Shown: positions 13,569 through 26,659, counted from the first letter of the stretch. The stretch is DNA of 64,000 nt from Chiloscyllium plagiosum (GCF_004010195.1 NC_057719.1:37118287-37182286), one strand, 5' to 3'. The notes: generated by a model from the letters alone, not told the origin. Numbers and translations are program-made.

Positions 13569-13773
13569 TGATTTGGAGGTGCCAGTGCTGGACTGGGGTG
13601 TACAAATCATACAACACCAGGTTATAGTCCAACAGGTTTATTTGGAAGCACTAGCTTTCAGAGCGCTGCTCTTTCATCAGGTCCTCACAATTTCCTGTTG
13701 AAGGAGCAGCACTCCAAAAGCTAGTGCCTCCAAATAAACCTGTTGGACTACAACCTGGTGTTGTGTGATTTTT
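13569..13773 (-). mobile_element. Palindromic PLE-derived mini-element (second family), 16-bp TSD
   Basis: TSD aactctgtcttcttaa at 13553-13568 and 13774-13789. Inverted arms ~13604-13681 and 13694-13771. Hammerhead cores face outward from the centre. Confidence 0.85.
13649..13683 (-). ncRNA. Minimal type-I hammerhead ribozyme motif
   Basis: Minus strand: ac-CUGAUGA-A-AGAGC(AGC)GCUCU-GAAA-GC-UA-gu, with palindromic AGCU in place of helix III. Confidence 0.7.
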
Positions 13774-14230
13774 AACTCTGTCTTCTTAACACTCATTTCC
13801 CACCATTAAACTAACATAACCTGGTAAAATATATCAAGCTTGTAAAACTTGCAAAATCCATTTAAAGAAAAATGAGTTGAAAGCATCCTAAGTCCCTTGA
13901 AAATTGACCCCAGAATTCGGCTGCTCTCTTTGAGGATTTAAGGCCATATTTTCATTATATACATTGTATAATGAAGCTCTAATCCTTATCAGCATTGCAC
14001 AAAATCATTGAAGGATAGGCAGAAGGGAGAATGTAATCCAGCTTGTCATCCCTGTCCTGATTCTTTGAAAGAATTGGTCCCATTCCCTTATTTTTGCTCA
14101 CAGTTGAAAACTTCTTCCAAATGTAACCAAGTGCTAAGATGCACCAGTTAAAAGGTCAGCCTTGTGTTCCTGTGTCTTTTTTTCCCTAGTTAGTTATTTT
14201 CAGTTTAGGCCTTTTAGCCTTCACCCCCTT

Positions 14231-14258
14231 ACACCACACCACACCACACCACCACCCC
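14231..14258. repeat. (ACACC)n microsatellite
   Basis: acaccacaccacaccacacc is read directly from the sequence. Confidence 0.8.
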
Positions 14259-15989
14259 TCCCATATTTGCTCTGTCCACAGCCCCACTTACGCTCCATTG
14301 CCCTCTCCATCCAGCTCCATGGTTCTCCATACCCTCCATGACAACTCATATCTTCCCAGCCACCCCAAATAGTTTATTATACCCACCATGCCAACTCATG
14401 GTACTTCCATGCCCATTCACCCATTATACACTCTGTACAGAACCAATAAGTACTATAGTAACAATGACTTGTAGAGAACAGAAGCTGTAAGCACTTGACA
14501 CATCTTTATCTTGTGCAAATAAAGATTGCACCATTCACAAAGAGGTCACAGAAGGAAAACAGCCTTTTGTAACACCATACTGCTGTCAATCAAGCAAAGT
14601 TTTCACATTTTTTATGCCGTGTCAACAACGTTGATCCTTTAATGAGAGTCTGGGTTTTCAGAAGTTTTCCTGATACCCCACAACAGAGCTGTCAATCTCA
14701 AAAGTGCAACATTCAGCACTGCTCCCTCCACCCTTGTCCTACACCATTGAAAACGAGGTTTTGTGGATAGGGCAGATATTCTGGAAAACTTCTGGCACTC
14801 TGAAAATCCAGAACATTATTCCTTTCCACAGATTCTGCCTTTGTCACTGAGCACTATAAATATTCTCTTTTTAGTATAACTGGTTATAAAACTCAACAGC
14901 ATACCATGAAAGAGAAGGACACAAATCAGAACCAAACCATTATATGTCAATCTGCCTGCAATTCTAACATTAAAGACACTTCCGTTTTAAAGATCTTTAT
15001 GTCTTACTCAGAAGAAAATATATTTTCATTTATGTCATGAGCCCATGTTCACTTCACAAAGGACTTTATAGGGAGAATGAAGACATTAAGTTTGCATTTT
15101 TTCAGGCTCGATTAAACTAAAGCACTGTCCCATACCAAAATATCATGAAGACTATTGTCAAGTTAATTAATAACGTATCAATTAATATTAATTCACACAA
15201 TTGTATCTATCTCTTGTCTTTGATTTTAGCAAGCCAACAACAAAAATAGCACGAAACATCATGAAACACAATGTTAGCAGATGCAACTGCTGAATTTAAC
15301 AAATGCATGAAGGTTTGTGCTCTCTGGGAACAGTGTCATTATATTAAACAAGACCGAAGGAAACCACACCATTGTGGTTGGGTTATGTGCACAGCAAATT
15401 GTCGAAAGTACAACGAATGCAACATTTTTGAGATCTGCAGAAAGCCAACACGGAAATGTTACTTGAATCTCACTAGACGCAACGGTGAATGGGAAATGTA
15501 CTTGATTTCTCACAGACCTAGATTGAAATATTGAAACATGAATTGTTGTATTACAGGAAACTTTTAATGAAACACCACTTAAAATCAGAGCAGAATGGAA
15601 CTCCCCAAATAAATGTGTAACAGAATAGCAAACCATTTGGGCAAGGAAACATAATATTGACATATGTCAATATATAGGGGATGGCAAACATTACATATTT
15701 ACAGGAAAAACAGAGTCACACATATACACACAACCAAGAGAATTAAATGTCCTCCATCCCTGGCAATGAGTTTGGTAATGGTGGTGGTAGTGATGCATTT
15801 AATCACATGGAAGGGTGATGAGTGGTACCCTGCTATCTTCCAACTCTATTAAGGCTATGGAAAGTAAGTTCTGCAGATGGCCCTGGGGACCGGGGTTCCT
15901 CATTGATATGCACACAGTGCCTGATTAATGGCCTGGCATCATGAAGTGGGGGCCTTTAACAGCTATTCCCTTCCTCAGTTCAGAGCTAA

Positions 15990-16110
15990 GGTCCAAAGAA
16001 GAGTCACTGGACTCGAACGGTTAACGTTGTTTTCTCTTCACTGAGTTTCTCCAAGAATTTCAGTTTTTGTTTCAGATCTCCCGAGTTTGCAGTTCTTTGC
16101 TCTATTTTAG
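15990..16110 (+). mobile_element. Decayed PLE pLTR fragment
   Basis: ccaaagaagagtcactggactcgaacggttaac followed by a tail similar to 2091-2220. Confidence 0.55.
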
Positions 16111-16239
16111 AAATTACCTGTATGTGGACAGTTCAAACTTTGGGAAAACTTCCATTGGAGAAATGAAGGCAAGAATATTTAATAAAGAATTTTTAAATTC
16201 TAAGTGGTGTTAACAGATTAAATATGATTCAGTGAATAT

Positions 16240-17180
16240 TAGAGTCATAGAGATGTCCAGCATGAAAACAGACCCTTCGGTCCAACTCGTCCATGCTGAC
16301 CAGATATCCCAACCCAGTCTAGTCCTACCTGCCAGCACCCGGTCCATATCCCTCCAAACCCTTCCTATTCATATACCCATCCAAATGCCTCTTAAATGTT
16401 GCAATTGAACCAGCCTCCACCACTTTCTCTAGCAGCTCATTCCATACACGTACCACCCTCTGTGTGAAAAAGTTGCCCTTTAAGTCTCTTTTATATCTTT
16501 CTCCTCTCACTCTAAACCTATGCCCTCTAGTTCTGAAATCCTCCACCCCAGGGAAAAGACTTTGTCTATTTACCCTATCCATACCCCTCATGATTTTGTA
16601 AACCTCTAAAAGGTCATCCCTCAGCCTCTGACACACCATGGAAAACACTCCCAGCCCGTTCAGCCTCTCCCTATAGCTCACATTCTCCAACCCTGGCAAC
16701 ACCCTTGAAAAATCTTTTCTAAAGCCTTTCCAGTTTCACAACATCTTTCTGATAGGAAGGTGACCGGAATTGCACGCAATATTCCAACAGTGGCCTAACC
16801 AATGTCCTGTACAGCTGCAACATGACCTCCCAACTCCTGTACTCAATACTCTCGCCAATAAAGGAAAGCATACCAAATGCCTTCTTCACTATCCTATCTA
16901 CCTGTGACTCCATTTTCAAGGAGCTATGAACCTGCACTCCAAGGTCTCTTTGTTCAGCAACATTCCCGAGGACCTTACCATTTTAAGTGCATAAGTCCTG
17001 CTAAGATTTGCTTTTCCAAAATACAGCACCTCACATTTATCTAAATTAAACTTGATCTGCCACTTCTTAGCCCATTGGCCCATCTAATCAAGATCCTGTT
17101 GTAATCTGAGATAACTTTCTTCGCCACCCACTACAATTTTGGAGTCATGTGCAAACTTATTAACTATACCTCTTATGCTC
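16240..17180 (-). mobile_element. Young HER1/CR1 LINE 3' fragment
   Basis: ORFs 16325 and 16719 (LYRTLVRPLLEYCVQF, GNFFTQRVVRVWNEL, FKRHLDGYM). Tail ctatgactcta. Closely similar to 42389-43070. Confidence 0.95.
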
Positions 17181-17447
17181 ACATTCAATTTAACAAGGAT
17201 TAATTAATTTGATATTTTCACCAAGTCTATAGAGAGAAGCTAGAAGTAATATCACCATGGAGAAAGTTAATAGAGCCTGCAGAAAGTGGACAGATACTTG
17301 AAACAGAAGAGAATTTGTGGCAATGGTAGAAGTACAACAATGAGATTAGTTGTAGGCTGTTCTAAAATAAGCATCAGCGCAAACACAATATGCATAATGT
17401 GTGTGTGAGAGAGGAGTTCTTCTATGCTAAGTGTCTGGTGTAGTGAT

Positions 17448-17663
17448 TGTAACAAGGTCAGCCAGGTGGACCTCAGAATGAGTTCTCCGATTGTGGCTAT
17501 TAACCTGGTCCAATTAAGGAGCCCTGGCTCACAGATATAAACAGGAGTGTCAGAGGTTCTATTCAATCTGAGAGCTGGCTCTGAGGGAGATGGATCAGTG
17601 TCAAGGACTCTCCATGTGTAAATAAGCAGTGACTTGGTGACAGGATACTGGTCTCTTATTTCA
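17448..17663 (+). mobile_element. Solo-LTR-like element (~215 bp)
   Basis: TG...CA ends (tgtaacaa / ttatttca, 6 of 8 inverted matches), CCAAT, gatataaa and an aaataag poly(A)-like signal. Homologous to 25286-25746. No TSD seen. Confidence 0.6.
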
Positions 17664-18254
17664 CCTGCATGAACAAATCATAATATTCTGCAGGAAAAAT
17701 TCCCTAATCTTGACATGCACATATTTAAATCAAATTAAGCTATGTCTGTCTCAGCAATTTTACTGATTGGCCATTTTTATAACAAAAAAAGGGAGACCAT
17801 CCTCAACTATCTGTTCATGTTCTCAAAATTGAATAATTTTCATGAAAAAGTGAAACCTTGGTGGACGTCTCCAATTTTGAATCTCTCCTCTGCTCTTTAG
17901 GTTACCTGTACTAAGCAGTAACTGGAGAACAGTTCTCTGAAGTATAACTTTAATTTGCTGGTTCACAAGTGTGTGTTGTGGTCCGGAGATCACTCGACTG
18001 CTGCAGTTCTGTTCCTCTGCTTCACAGAGGATGCACTTGCAAATCTTTTTTCGTTTCTAGTCAGAGAGCCAGAGTAGACATAATGAGCCATATAGCTGCC
18101 TTCTGCATTGTAACTTTTCTGTAAATATGCCCTTCTGTGGTTACTCCAAAAACCTATAATTTATATGCTTGTGATAAAATAAATGGGCCAGGGTTTATAA
18201 ATCCTGGATAACACTGAAACCTGTGATCTCATCTTTGCTGATACTTTGATACAT

Positions 18255-18552
18255 TCGGTTCAAATCCCACATGATAGCTGGTGAAAGTTGAATTCAGTTA
18301 TCAAATTTGGAATAAAGAGTTAATCTCAGTGGTGGGGATTACATTCACAATCATCAGTTGTCGTAAAACCCATTAATGTTCTTTAATGAATGAAACCTGT
18401 TGTCCTAACTTGGTCTGACCTAACTGTAATTTCAAATCCACAGCAACATAGTTAACTCTTAACTAGTTTCTGAAATGGCCTAGCAAGAAACTCAGTTAAA
18501 TGGCAATTAAGGGTGGGCTGGCTTTGCTAGTGATGCCCACATCCCATGAAAT
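18255..18552 (+). mobile_element. tRNA-derived SINE (non-HE1 family)
   Basis: B box ggttcaaatcc, body and tail gatgcccacatcccatgaa, shared with 39170 and 45649. Confidence 0.75.
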
Positions 18553-20315
18553 AATAGACATTGATAAACTGGTATAAAATAAAACTTCCCAACATGCTGC
18601 ATGCATTATGTAACCTAACTTCCAAGAATCCACCAGCATTGAACCAACTCTATTGACGTTTTATTTTCGCTTTCACCCCATTACTAAAATATAGATTTCA
18701 TAAAAGTTGGAAGTAAATTTTCCAAAATTTCTCTAACATGATGTTTAAATTAGTTACTCTCTTAAAATAGTGCAAGCATGTATTGTTGAATGCGATGGGC
18801 ATACACAACGAATGAGAGGAGAAATAGGCAGAATAAACATTGAGAAAAATGGCAGCCTTTCCCCCTGTGTTTTATACATCTCTGCTTAGTTCATGGGAGT
18901 AATCAACAAACCTCTCCAAATAGACTTTATATTTAATATTTCCTGGAGGATTTAATTTTTGAAGTTTTGGAGAAACATTTAGAGTGATTTCCTTCATTTG
19001 AAAAAGAAAGCTCATTGAAAGGTCACTGTGGACACTAGGGTTTTATTTACCTGTTTTCTTAGAAATCAAATGACCAATGTTAAATGCTTACTGGGGCTTT
19101 TGAACAGTGACTAGACTTTGAGAGGTTCTTGTTTTATCCTATCTCTAATTGGTGACAAAAGGCCTGCACAGCTGGTCTCTCCTATTTCTGAAAGGCCCTT
19201 GTTGTTGAGTTCAGGGTGAAACTTACTTGTTCGTCTGAAAGAGTGACTGAAGGAACATCTCAATTTCCTGAGCAAGCTGTGTCTGTGAAGAGCGCACATA
19301 GTACTGTGCATGATCAGCAACTGGACCACTTATGTCAGAACATCACACCAATAAACATCAGAACAATCTTTATCCTTTTGTTTTCAAGGGTAAGCCATCG
19401 GCGAACCTGATTTTTTTTCTGACAGCCAATCTTTGTAGAGCAATGCATTTAACTTCTCTTTTCCTGAGGAGTATGTGCATTTGTCGGTGTGTTGGAGGTA
19501 CTCAGAGGAATATGCATTTGTAGTCAAATGATTATCTTTGGTATTGCATAGTTTTGAATAAAATTTATATCACGTTGATAAATGATGGTGTTTATTAGAA
19601 AGTTTGGTTGGTAGCCCTCTTTATTTAAAAGCTGATATGAATAAGGAGCTTAACTGGCCATCTTGGAATCAGGGAGAACTATTTTTATGTTATGTTGGCC
19701 CTATGGAGGATCTGGGTAACAGTGCACCATTCCAGTTTCAGTCATAACTTAGTCATATTGGAAGGGCAGATAAGGAGGGAAAGAATGGGATAGAAGCGAA
19801 ATGGAAGGAAAAGCAGCAATTTCCTGCTTATTCTGATTTGATTTCTTTATTAAAAGAAGTTAAGTTGTATTTTTTGATTTTCTTCCAGTGATTATATTGC
19901 CATTGGTGGACATGCATGTTAATGGGGCTCAAAATCCTCAGTTATACTGTGTTGATATGGAACAGGCTTGAGGCAGAGAGGCACAACATTCCATTAGATA
20001 GAGGATATTTAAAATGTAAATTTGGAATCATGGTTTTCTGAGTTCTTGCACAATAAAATGTCAGATTTTCTGTTAAGTATTATTATTAAAATCTCTGCTA
20101 CCTGATATGGGCTTTTCTACTTCTTTGATAAAGTTCAAGAGTTCACTGAGAATAGCAGTTTGCTATTGGCAACCTCCAAACAATTAGTGAGTAATCTTTC
20201 TAAGCTGTTCACTTAACATGTGTGAACCTCAGAACAACGTATTGGTAACAACTGTGACCCACAAATATAAATTGCTTAGTGCAAAAGTTAACCACTTTAC
20301 AGTTAAAGAGTTCTT

Positions 20316-20655
20316 GAGAGCTATAGAGATGTACAGCATAGAAACAGACCCTTCGATTCAACTCATCCATGTCGATTAGATATCCTAAACTGATCTCGTC
20401 CCATTTTGCCAGCACTTGTCTCATATCCCGATAAACCCTTCCTATTCACATGCCAATTCAAATGCCTTTTAAATGTTACATTGTATCAGCCTCTACCAAT
20501 TCCTCTGGCAGTTCATTCCATACACAAACCACCCTGTTTGTGAAAAATATGCCCCTTATGCCCCTTTTAAATCTTTCCCGTTTCATCTTAAATGTATGCC
20601 CTCTAATTTTGGAGTCCCATATCCTGGGTAAAAGAACTTGGCTATCCACCCTATT
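20316..20655 (-). mobile_element. HER1/CR1 3' end
   Basis: Homologous to 16240-16580. Confidence 0.85.
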
Positions 20656-21000
20656 GAGTATAACCAGGGTGGGAGGTGTCTTTAATTATTGGTTGCTTTC
20701 TCAAGGCAGCAGGAAGGATAGATGGAATCAATGGATGGAAGGCTGATTTGCGTTATAGACTGCAACATAATCAAAGATCCTTCCACTATGGATATAATCT
20801 CTTTCACCCCTTTCCATCAGGCCGAAGATATAAAAGTTTGAATACACACACACACATGAACAGATTCAAGAACAGCTTACTCCCTACTGTTATCAGACTT
20901 TTGAATGGATCTCTTAAATGTCGTGGTCTGTTCTGTTACCCTGATGCACTTATAAGGTATGATCTGCCTGTCAAGCACGTAAGACAACACTTTTCACAAC
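20656..21000 (+). mobile_element. Rex1/Babar-type LINE 3' end, probably with a short 5' inversion
   Basis: LFHPFPSGRRYKSLNT...NRFKNSLLPTVIRLLN matches my recollection of the Rex1 C-terminus LPSGRRYRS..T.RL.NSF.P.A.RLLN. Confidence 0.8.
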
Positions 21001-22869
21001 ACAGGACCCTATTCTAAGCAAGCATATATTGTACATTTTTATTGAGAAAGGGTTATGGAGACGACTGACATTTTTTTTGCTGCATTCCCCATGGCAACAC
21101 CTTGACTAATCAGAGTCTACCTACCTGGTCTGCAGTTGATCCGTTAGCTAAGATTGACAACTAACAGATCCTGCTGCAACTCCATGCAAACCAATCAACA
21201 ACAGTGTCTTGGTGTGTAATTGTGTGCCCTTTCAAAATTTGGTTTTGTGCATCTGAGACCTGATTAGTTCAAGGCAGTACAGCTTCAACTTCATGTCTCT
21301 TTTTAGCGACATTTAGATTCTATTCTACCAACCAATTACTAATGGCTAGTTGTTCTGCAAAAAAGCTATGATTTGATACCTTCCGGATAATGCCAACAGA
21401 AAATTTCTTACTGGAAGAGAGAGTTAGTTCAGCATTTTGTTGGAAGTTATTAGTCTGAAAGGTTCTTACAAAATCACAGATGCCATTTTAAAAATTTGAG
21501 TTGTAAATCTTAGTCGTCACTTTTGTAGCAAGTCAGTCAAGTCTATGACGTGCTGCTGACAGCCAGATAACATACAGTGGCGGACAACCCAAACATGTGA
21601 AAATGTTATCTAATCAATTTTCCATGTTCATAATAACCAGCAAAATAACCCCTTTTCTGTACTGATACTGAATTAGTCACAGAGCTTTGTGCTACACTTT
21701 TTCTTTAGTAAAAGCATTGAAGCTACTTTAGGTCAACAAACTCGCTGTTACAGTCTTAATTCCCAAGCCACAAGGTTTTTCACAAAACAAGTCATCAAGC
21801 TAATGCTTTCTTTTTTTCACAATCACATTAACTCAATAAGTTGAAATGCTAATTTACTGTGATTTACATTGAGCAATATTAAACATTGCTAAAAAAAAGA
21901 TATCAAAGCTTTTTATCTTACACTCATCAGAACTAGGATGGAAGAAACAGATTTGGAAAACAATGAGCAACAAACAAATTACTTGCTCCTTGCATATTCT
22001 GGAAGAAAGAACAGAAATACAATAAATAAAAAGAAATTGGAAATGATGAAGATGATAAATAAATATTTGCAGACTTCAGAATGCACAAAGCTTTTTATTC
22101 TTCTTAGGTACATGTGACTACAGTAAATCAAATCAAAGCAAATATGTCATCAGATGAAAATAGAGAAGATCGCTGAATATTTCAGAGGAACAGTCTCCAC
22201 AGAAACCTTAGCCTACTCGTGGATATGCTGGCTAAATCCCTTCAGGTTGCTATATCACAATTTTCTTTTACATTCAATTGTCTACAGAGAATAAATGGAA
22301 AAGATGAACTGGAGAAGACAAACTGGTCCTTTGATTTTGTCCTATTCAGCCTTAATGCAACTGGACAAGACAATCACAATGCTTCACATACCCTCCAGGA
22401 CAGGCAAAAAAAAAACCTAGACTTTAAGAAAACTCTCAACCAATTACAGGGAAAAGAATCACAAGAAATTACTCACCATTACCTTTGGTAAGTGAAAATG
22501 AAATCCTTGAGATAACAATAACCACATTATCCTACAGATTTCTTGTACACAAGATAAGAAATACCTCCAGGATGGTTGCATGAAGTTATTTTGTGACTCA
22601 TGAACTATGGAAATAAACAGCTACATTCCATACCTGAATCTACGTTAGCTGATGTTTTTTAGGTAAAATCTGTGTGAAGCATAAACAGTCTAACAGTCCA
22701 TCAAGAAAACTGAGTTGCAGGTACAAGTTTGGACAAGGAAAGGAAGAATGAATAAAATTTACACTAAGCCTAAACCTGCCCCAAGACAGTGACAATTTCT
22801 GAAATTATATTAAGTTATATTATATTATGTTAATTGTTAGAAAATATAATATGACTCTGTATTATTTCA

Positions 22870-23345
22870 TAAGCTTTAGAAGTTGCTGACATGGCCAACA
22901 CTTGTTGCTCATTTCTAAGTGCCCTGGAGAAGGTGGTGAACCACCTTCTTAGATTGCTGTAGTTAATCTGATGCAGATACACTCACAACATTGTTAGGAA
23001 TGGAATTCCAGGATGTGGATCCAGTGACAGTGAAAGAATTGCATTATAGTTCAAAATCAGGTCGGTGTGTAGCTTGAAGAGCAATTTACAGGTGGTGCCA
23101 TTCTTATACATCTATCGTGCTTGCTCTTCTAGGTGTTAGAGCTTACAGTTTTGAAGACACTGTTGAAACAAGCTTGGCAAGTTGCTGCAGTACATTTAGT
23201 AAATGGCACAACAATGATGACGGAATGAAGGTTTACACTGGTGAATGGGGTACTGATCAAATGAGTTGCTTTGTCTTAGATGATGTCAAGCTTCTTAAGT
23301 GTTGTTGGAAACAGACTCATGCAGGTATTCCAACACATTGCTGAC
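22870..23345 (-). mobile_element. Decayed LINE 3' region (same family as 26035-26600)
   Basis: Shared blocks gaaggtggtg, ccaggatgtggatccagtgacagtgaa and gtgtgtagctt with 26035-26600. Confidence 0.65.
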
Positions 23346-23369
23346 TCCAGCAAACAAACGCACAAAAGG

Positions 23370-24575
23370 AGCAGCAAGGAGCCACAGAGAGGCTAGGAAT
23401 CTATATAATCGTCAACGTATGCCAGACAAACCAATTATCCAGCAATAATGTGGAAGACACGTTCATAGAATGTATTCAAGATAACTTTTAGATCAATATG
23501 TCAATGAATTAATGAGGGAACAGGTTAATTTAGTCTAGTAGTCCCCAATGAGAACAGGAGAAATTAATTACTGTGTAGTAAAAGTAGCCTCTGGAGAAAT
23601 GTGATAATGATATAATGAAATGTTATATTGTGTTAGAAAATGAATTAGTTAATTCAGAAGCTATGGTCTTAAATCTGAACAAAGCAACTATATAGGTCTG
23701 AGAGGGAGGTTGGTCAACAGATTCTAGAATGGTCAGCATAGACTTGAAGGTTATAGAAGTGTGCTTGCTGTTCAAGAAAGGAAAATAAAAACAGAGGGCC
23801 ATTAGCTAATTCAGCTAACATCAGTAGCAGGGAAAATGCACCAATCTATTATGAAATAATCTGGATTAGTTTCTTGAGGCTGTAGTCAGCAGCACAGGAA
23901 AGAGAGAGCAGCAGTAGACATAGTTTATTTGGATTTTAAAAGGCATTTGATACACATTATTATATAAGATTAAGGCTCACAGGATTGGAGTAATATATTC
24001 ACATAAACTAAGGATTGGTTAATAATATACAAAAAAGAGAAGGAAAAAATGGTTTGTTGTTTGAAGGGATAATTAGTTGGATACTGTAAGGATCAGCATT
24101 TGGGCCTCAGCCATTTACAATAGACAGGGGATTGAGTACAACATATACAGGTTGATGATGATACAAAGTTAAGTGGGGATTGAACTGTAAGGACAGCGCA
24201 AGAAGTCTACAAGAGGAAATAAATTGAGTAACCTAGAAAATGGGGGATAGGAAATAATATGTAGAAATGCATAGTTATCAACTTTAAATAGAAAAGCAGA
24301 TTTTTAAAAAAATAATGAGAACCTGAGAAGTTTCAGTTTTCATAGGAATCTGGGCGTCTTTACATATGAATCATAATGGTTAATATGCAAGTAATGGCAA
24401 ACAATTAGGAAAATAAATGCTGTGTTAGCCTTTTTTACATAGAGATTAGAGTATAAGTAATTCAGGATCTAGGAGACCACACCTGGAGTACTGTGGTTTC
24501 TTTATCTAAGGAATGATATGATTACCACAGACAGAGTGTGACTGAGGTTCATAAACTGGTTTTTGGAACAAGGTA
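23370..24575 (+). mobile_element. Very old CR1 ORF2 remnant
   Basis: gtttatttggattttaaaaggcatttgat (YLDF.KAFD), gatgatgatacaaagtta and ccacacctggagtactgtg (PHLEYC). Confidence 0.7.
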
Positions 24576-24639
24576 CAACAGGGAGCTGGACAGCAGAGGA
24601 GATAAAGGAGGGAACAGTAGTCACCCCTTTAAAAGTTGA

Positions 24640-24940
24640 TGTTTAGAAAGTTCTGACTTCTTGTTTACTGCTAATTTGAATTATTCCACTGGTGATGGCC
24701 AAGCTTTCAGTTTCCTAGGCTCTGAGTTCTGTAATTCTCTGTCCAAGCCTCTGCTTCTCTAACTTGTTTTCTTCCTTTAAGACAACATTTAAAATCTACC
24801 TTTATGACAAGCTTTGAGACACCTGCACTAATATTGACTTATATAGCTCATTGTCAAATTCTGCTTTATAATACTCTTGTGAAACAACTTGAGAGATTTT
24901 GTTTTATTAAAGACACTACATAAACACCAGCTGTTGTAGT
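24640..24940 (+). mobile_element. L2-like 3' tail
   Basis: gctttcagtttcctaggctctgagttctgtaattctct...cctttaagacaacatttaaaatctacctttatgac resembles the L2 ORF2 end (AFS...P.LWNSL, FK..LKT.LF). Confidence 0.6.
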
Positions 24941-25285
24941 TAATACCTTGAAATTGCTTTCTCATTCTATGTACATTGTAGAATTCTAATTTGTTCACAG
25001 TAATGTGTTTCCCATGAGAAACAGGCAGGTTCCTAGGCTGCCCATCCCAAGGTCTAGTTTAAGATGGCAGCAGTGAATCATGAGCCTAAACAGATTGTAA
25101 GGTCAGCCCTAAGTTTTGAGGTATTGTCACCTTAATTATACCAGACAGAGTGCATTGAATATCAGTCTCATGGTGTCAGTCCACCACTACTAGTGGACCT
25201 TTCAGAAATAACTTTATTATTAGGGCCTTGAACGACAACAGTCACGAGTGAGCTGGCATGGGTGATGCTGAAATATCTCCTTGTT

Positions 25286-25746
25286 GTGATTGGAATATGG
25301 GCCAGATGGATCTTATTGACTATGATACCCTGGAATGCGGCTGTTAACCTGGGCCAATCAGCGAGCCCTGGCTGGCATATATAAACAGGAGGTCACTCTG
25401 AGAGCTGGCTCCGAGGGAGCTGGATCAGTGTAAGAAAAAAATTTATAAAGAGAAAACAAAAGAAGAAAAAAAATAAACGGGAGTGTCAGGGATTCTGTTC
25501 ACTCTGACAGCTGGCTCTGAGGGAGCTGGATCAGTGTCAAGGATACAACACGTGCAAATAAAGGGTGACTTGGTGATGGGATATCAGCCTCTGGAGTTAT
25601 TTCAGAAAAAATTTTAAAAAATAAACAGGAGGTTCAGACAGTCTCCTCATTCAGAGAACGGGTGCTGAGCTGGCTGCTCATATACTGTGTACATGTAAAT
25701 AAAGGGCGACTTGGTGACAGGATACCAGCCTCTGTGCACTATTTCA
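25286..25746 (+). repeat. Tandem array of three LTR-like units related to 17448-17663
   Basis: Units restart at ataaac(a/g)gga (25381, 25473, 25621). Two of them end aaataaaggg(t/c)gacttggtga...tatttca. A-rich spacers lie between. Confidence 0.75.
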
Positions 25747-26034
25747 CTACTCTCACACTGAAAAATGCAAAAGCAGCAACAAATCAGTGGACCAATTGAC
25801 TCATCTAATGCAAATTCAGTATCAATTAAATGAATTAAAAAATGAATTTAAAAAGCAATAGTAAACATGAATGGAGCTTTCTGATATTGCCTGTTGGTTC
25901 AGGGTCTGTTGAATTCTAGCTATCTTTGTTGACAAGATGAATGCAGGCATAGCCAGTTTAATAGATGCAGGAGGAACTAAGAACTAGCCCAACAGAAGTT
26001 CTACTTTGAAAATACTCACGCCCTTTTGTTATTA

Positions 26035-26600
26035 CTTGCTCATAGAATGTGGGTGTTACTGGCTGGGCCAGTATTTATTACCCATCCTTAATACCCCTCA
26101 GGAAGGTGGTGGCAGGCTGCTTCATGTACTACCGCAGTCCTTGGGATGTAAGTACCTCCATGATGCTCTAATGGAGGGATGCCTAGGAATGTGACCCAGT
26201 ATCACAGCAATACAAATCCAAGTCAGGATTGTGTGTAGCTCAGAGAGGAACTTGCAGGTGCCCCTTGTTTTTCTAAGTGGTAGGGTTTATGGGTTTGGAA
26301 GGTACTGCCAAAGCAGACTTGGTAATTTACCGCAGTGCATCTTGTAGATAGTACATACTGCTGTCATTGTGCATCAGAGGTGAAGGGAGAGAGTGTTGAA
26401 GGTCGTGGATGGGGTACGAATCAACTACTTTTTCCTGGATGGTGTCAGGTTTGTTGAGTGTTGTTGTTGAAACTGGTCTTACCCTGACAAGAATTCCATA
26501 AACTCCTGATTTGTGCCTTGTCTATTGTGGACAGGTATTGGGGAGTGAAGAAGAGTTACTTGCTGCAAAATTCCTTGCCTCTAACCTGGTCTTTTAAAGC
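26035..26600 (-). mobile_element. LINE 3' region
   Basis: Tail gggtgttactggctgggccagtatttattacccatcc, with a body homologous to 22870-23345. Confidence 0.7.
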
Positions 26601-26659
26601 GGGCTGAGCCTTCCTTTATATTAAAAAAAAATTGAGCTGCTCAAGACTGGCTGTAATTA

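Noticed and set aside
15230..15663. Cys-rich 87-aa ORF and overlapping 129-aa antisense ORF, with possible splice sites
   Set aside because: No recognisable domain. The plus-strand candidate exon from 15230 has stops in all three frames, and the minus-strand mini-exon is unsupported.
25381..25746. Repeat-spacer pattern suggestive of CRISPR
   Set aside because: Vertebrate context, units over 100 bp and diverged, low-complexity spacers, no cas genes.
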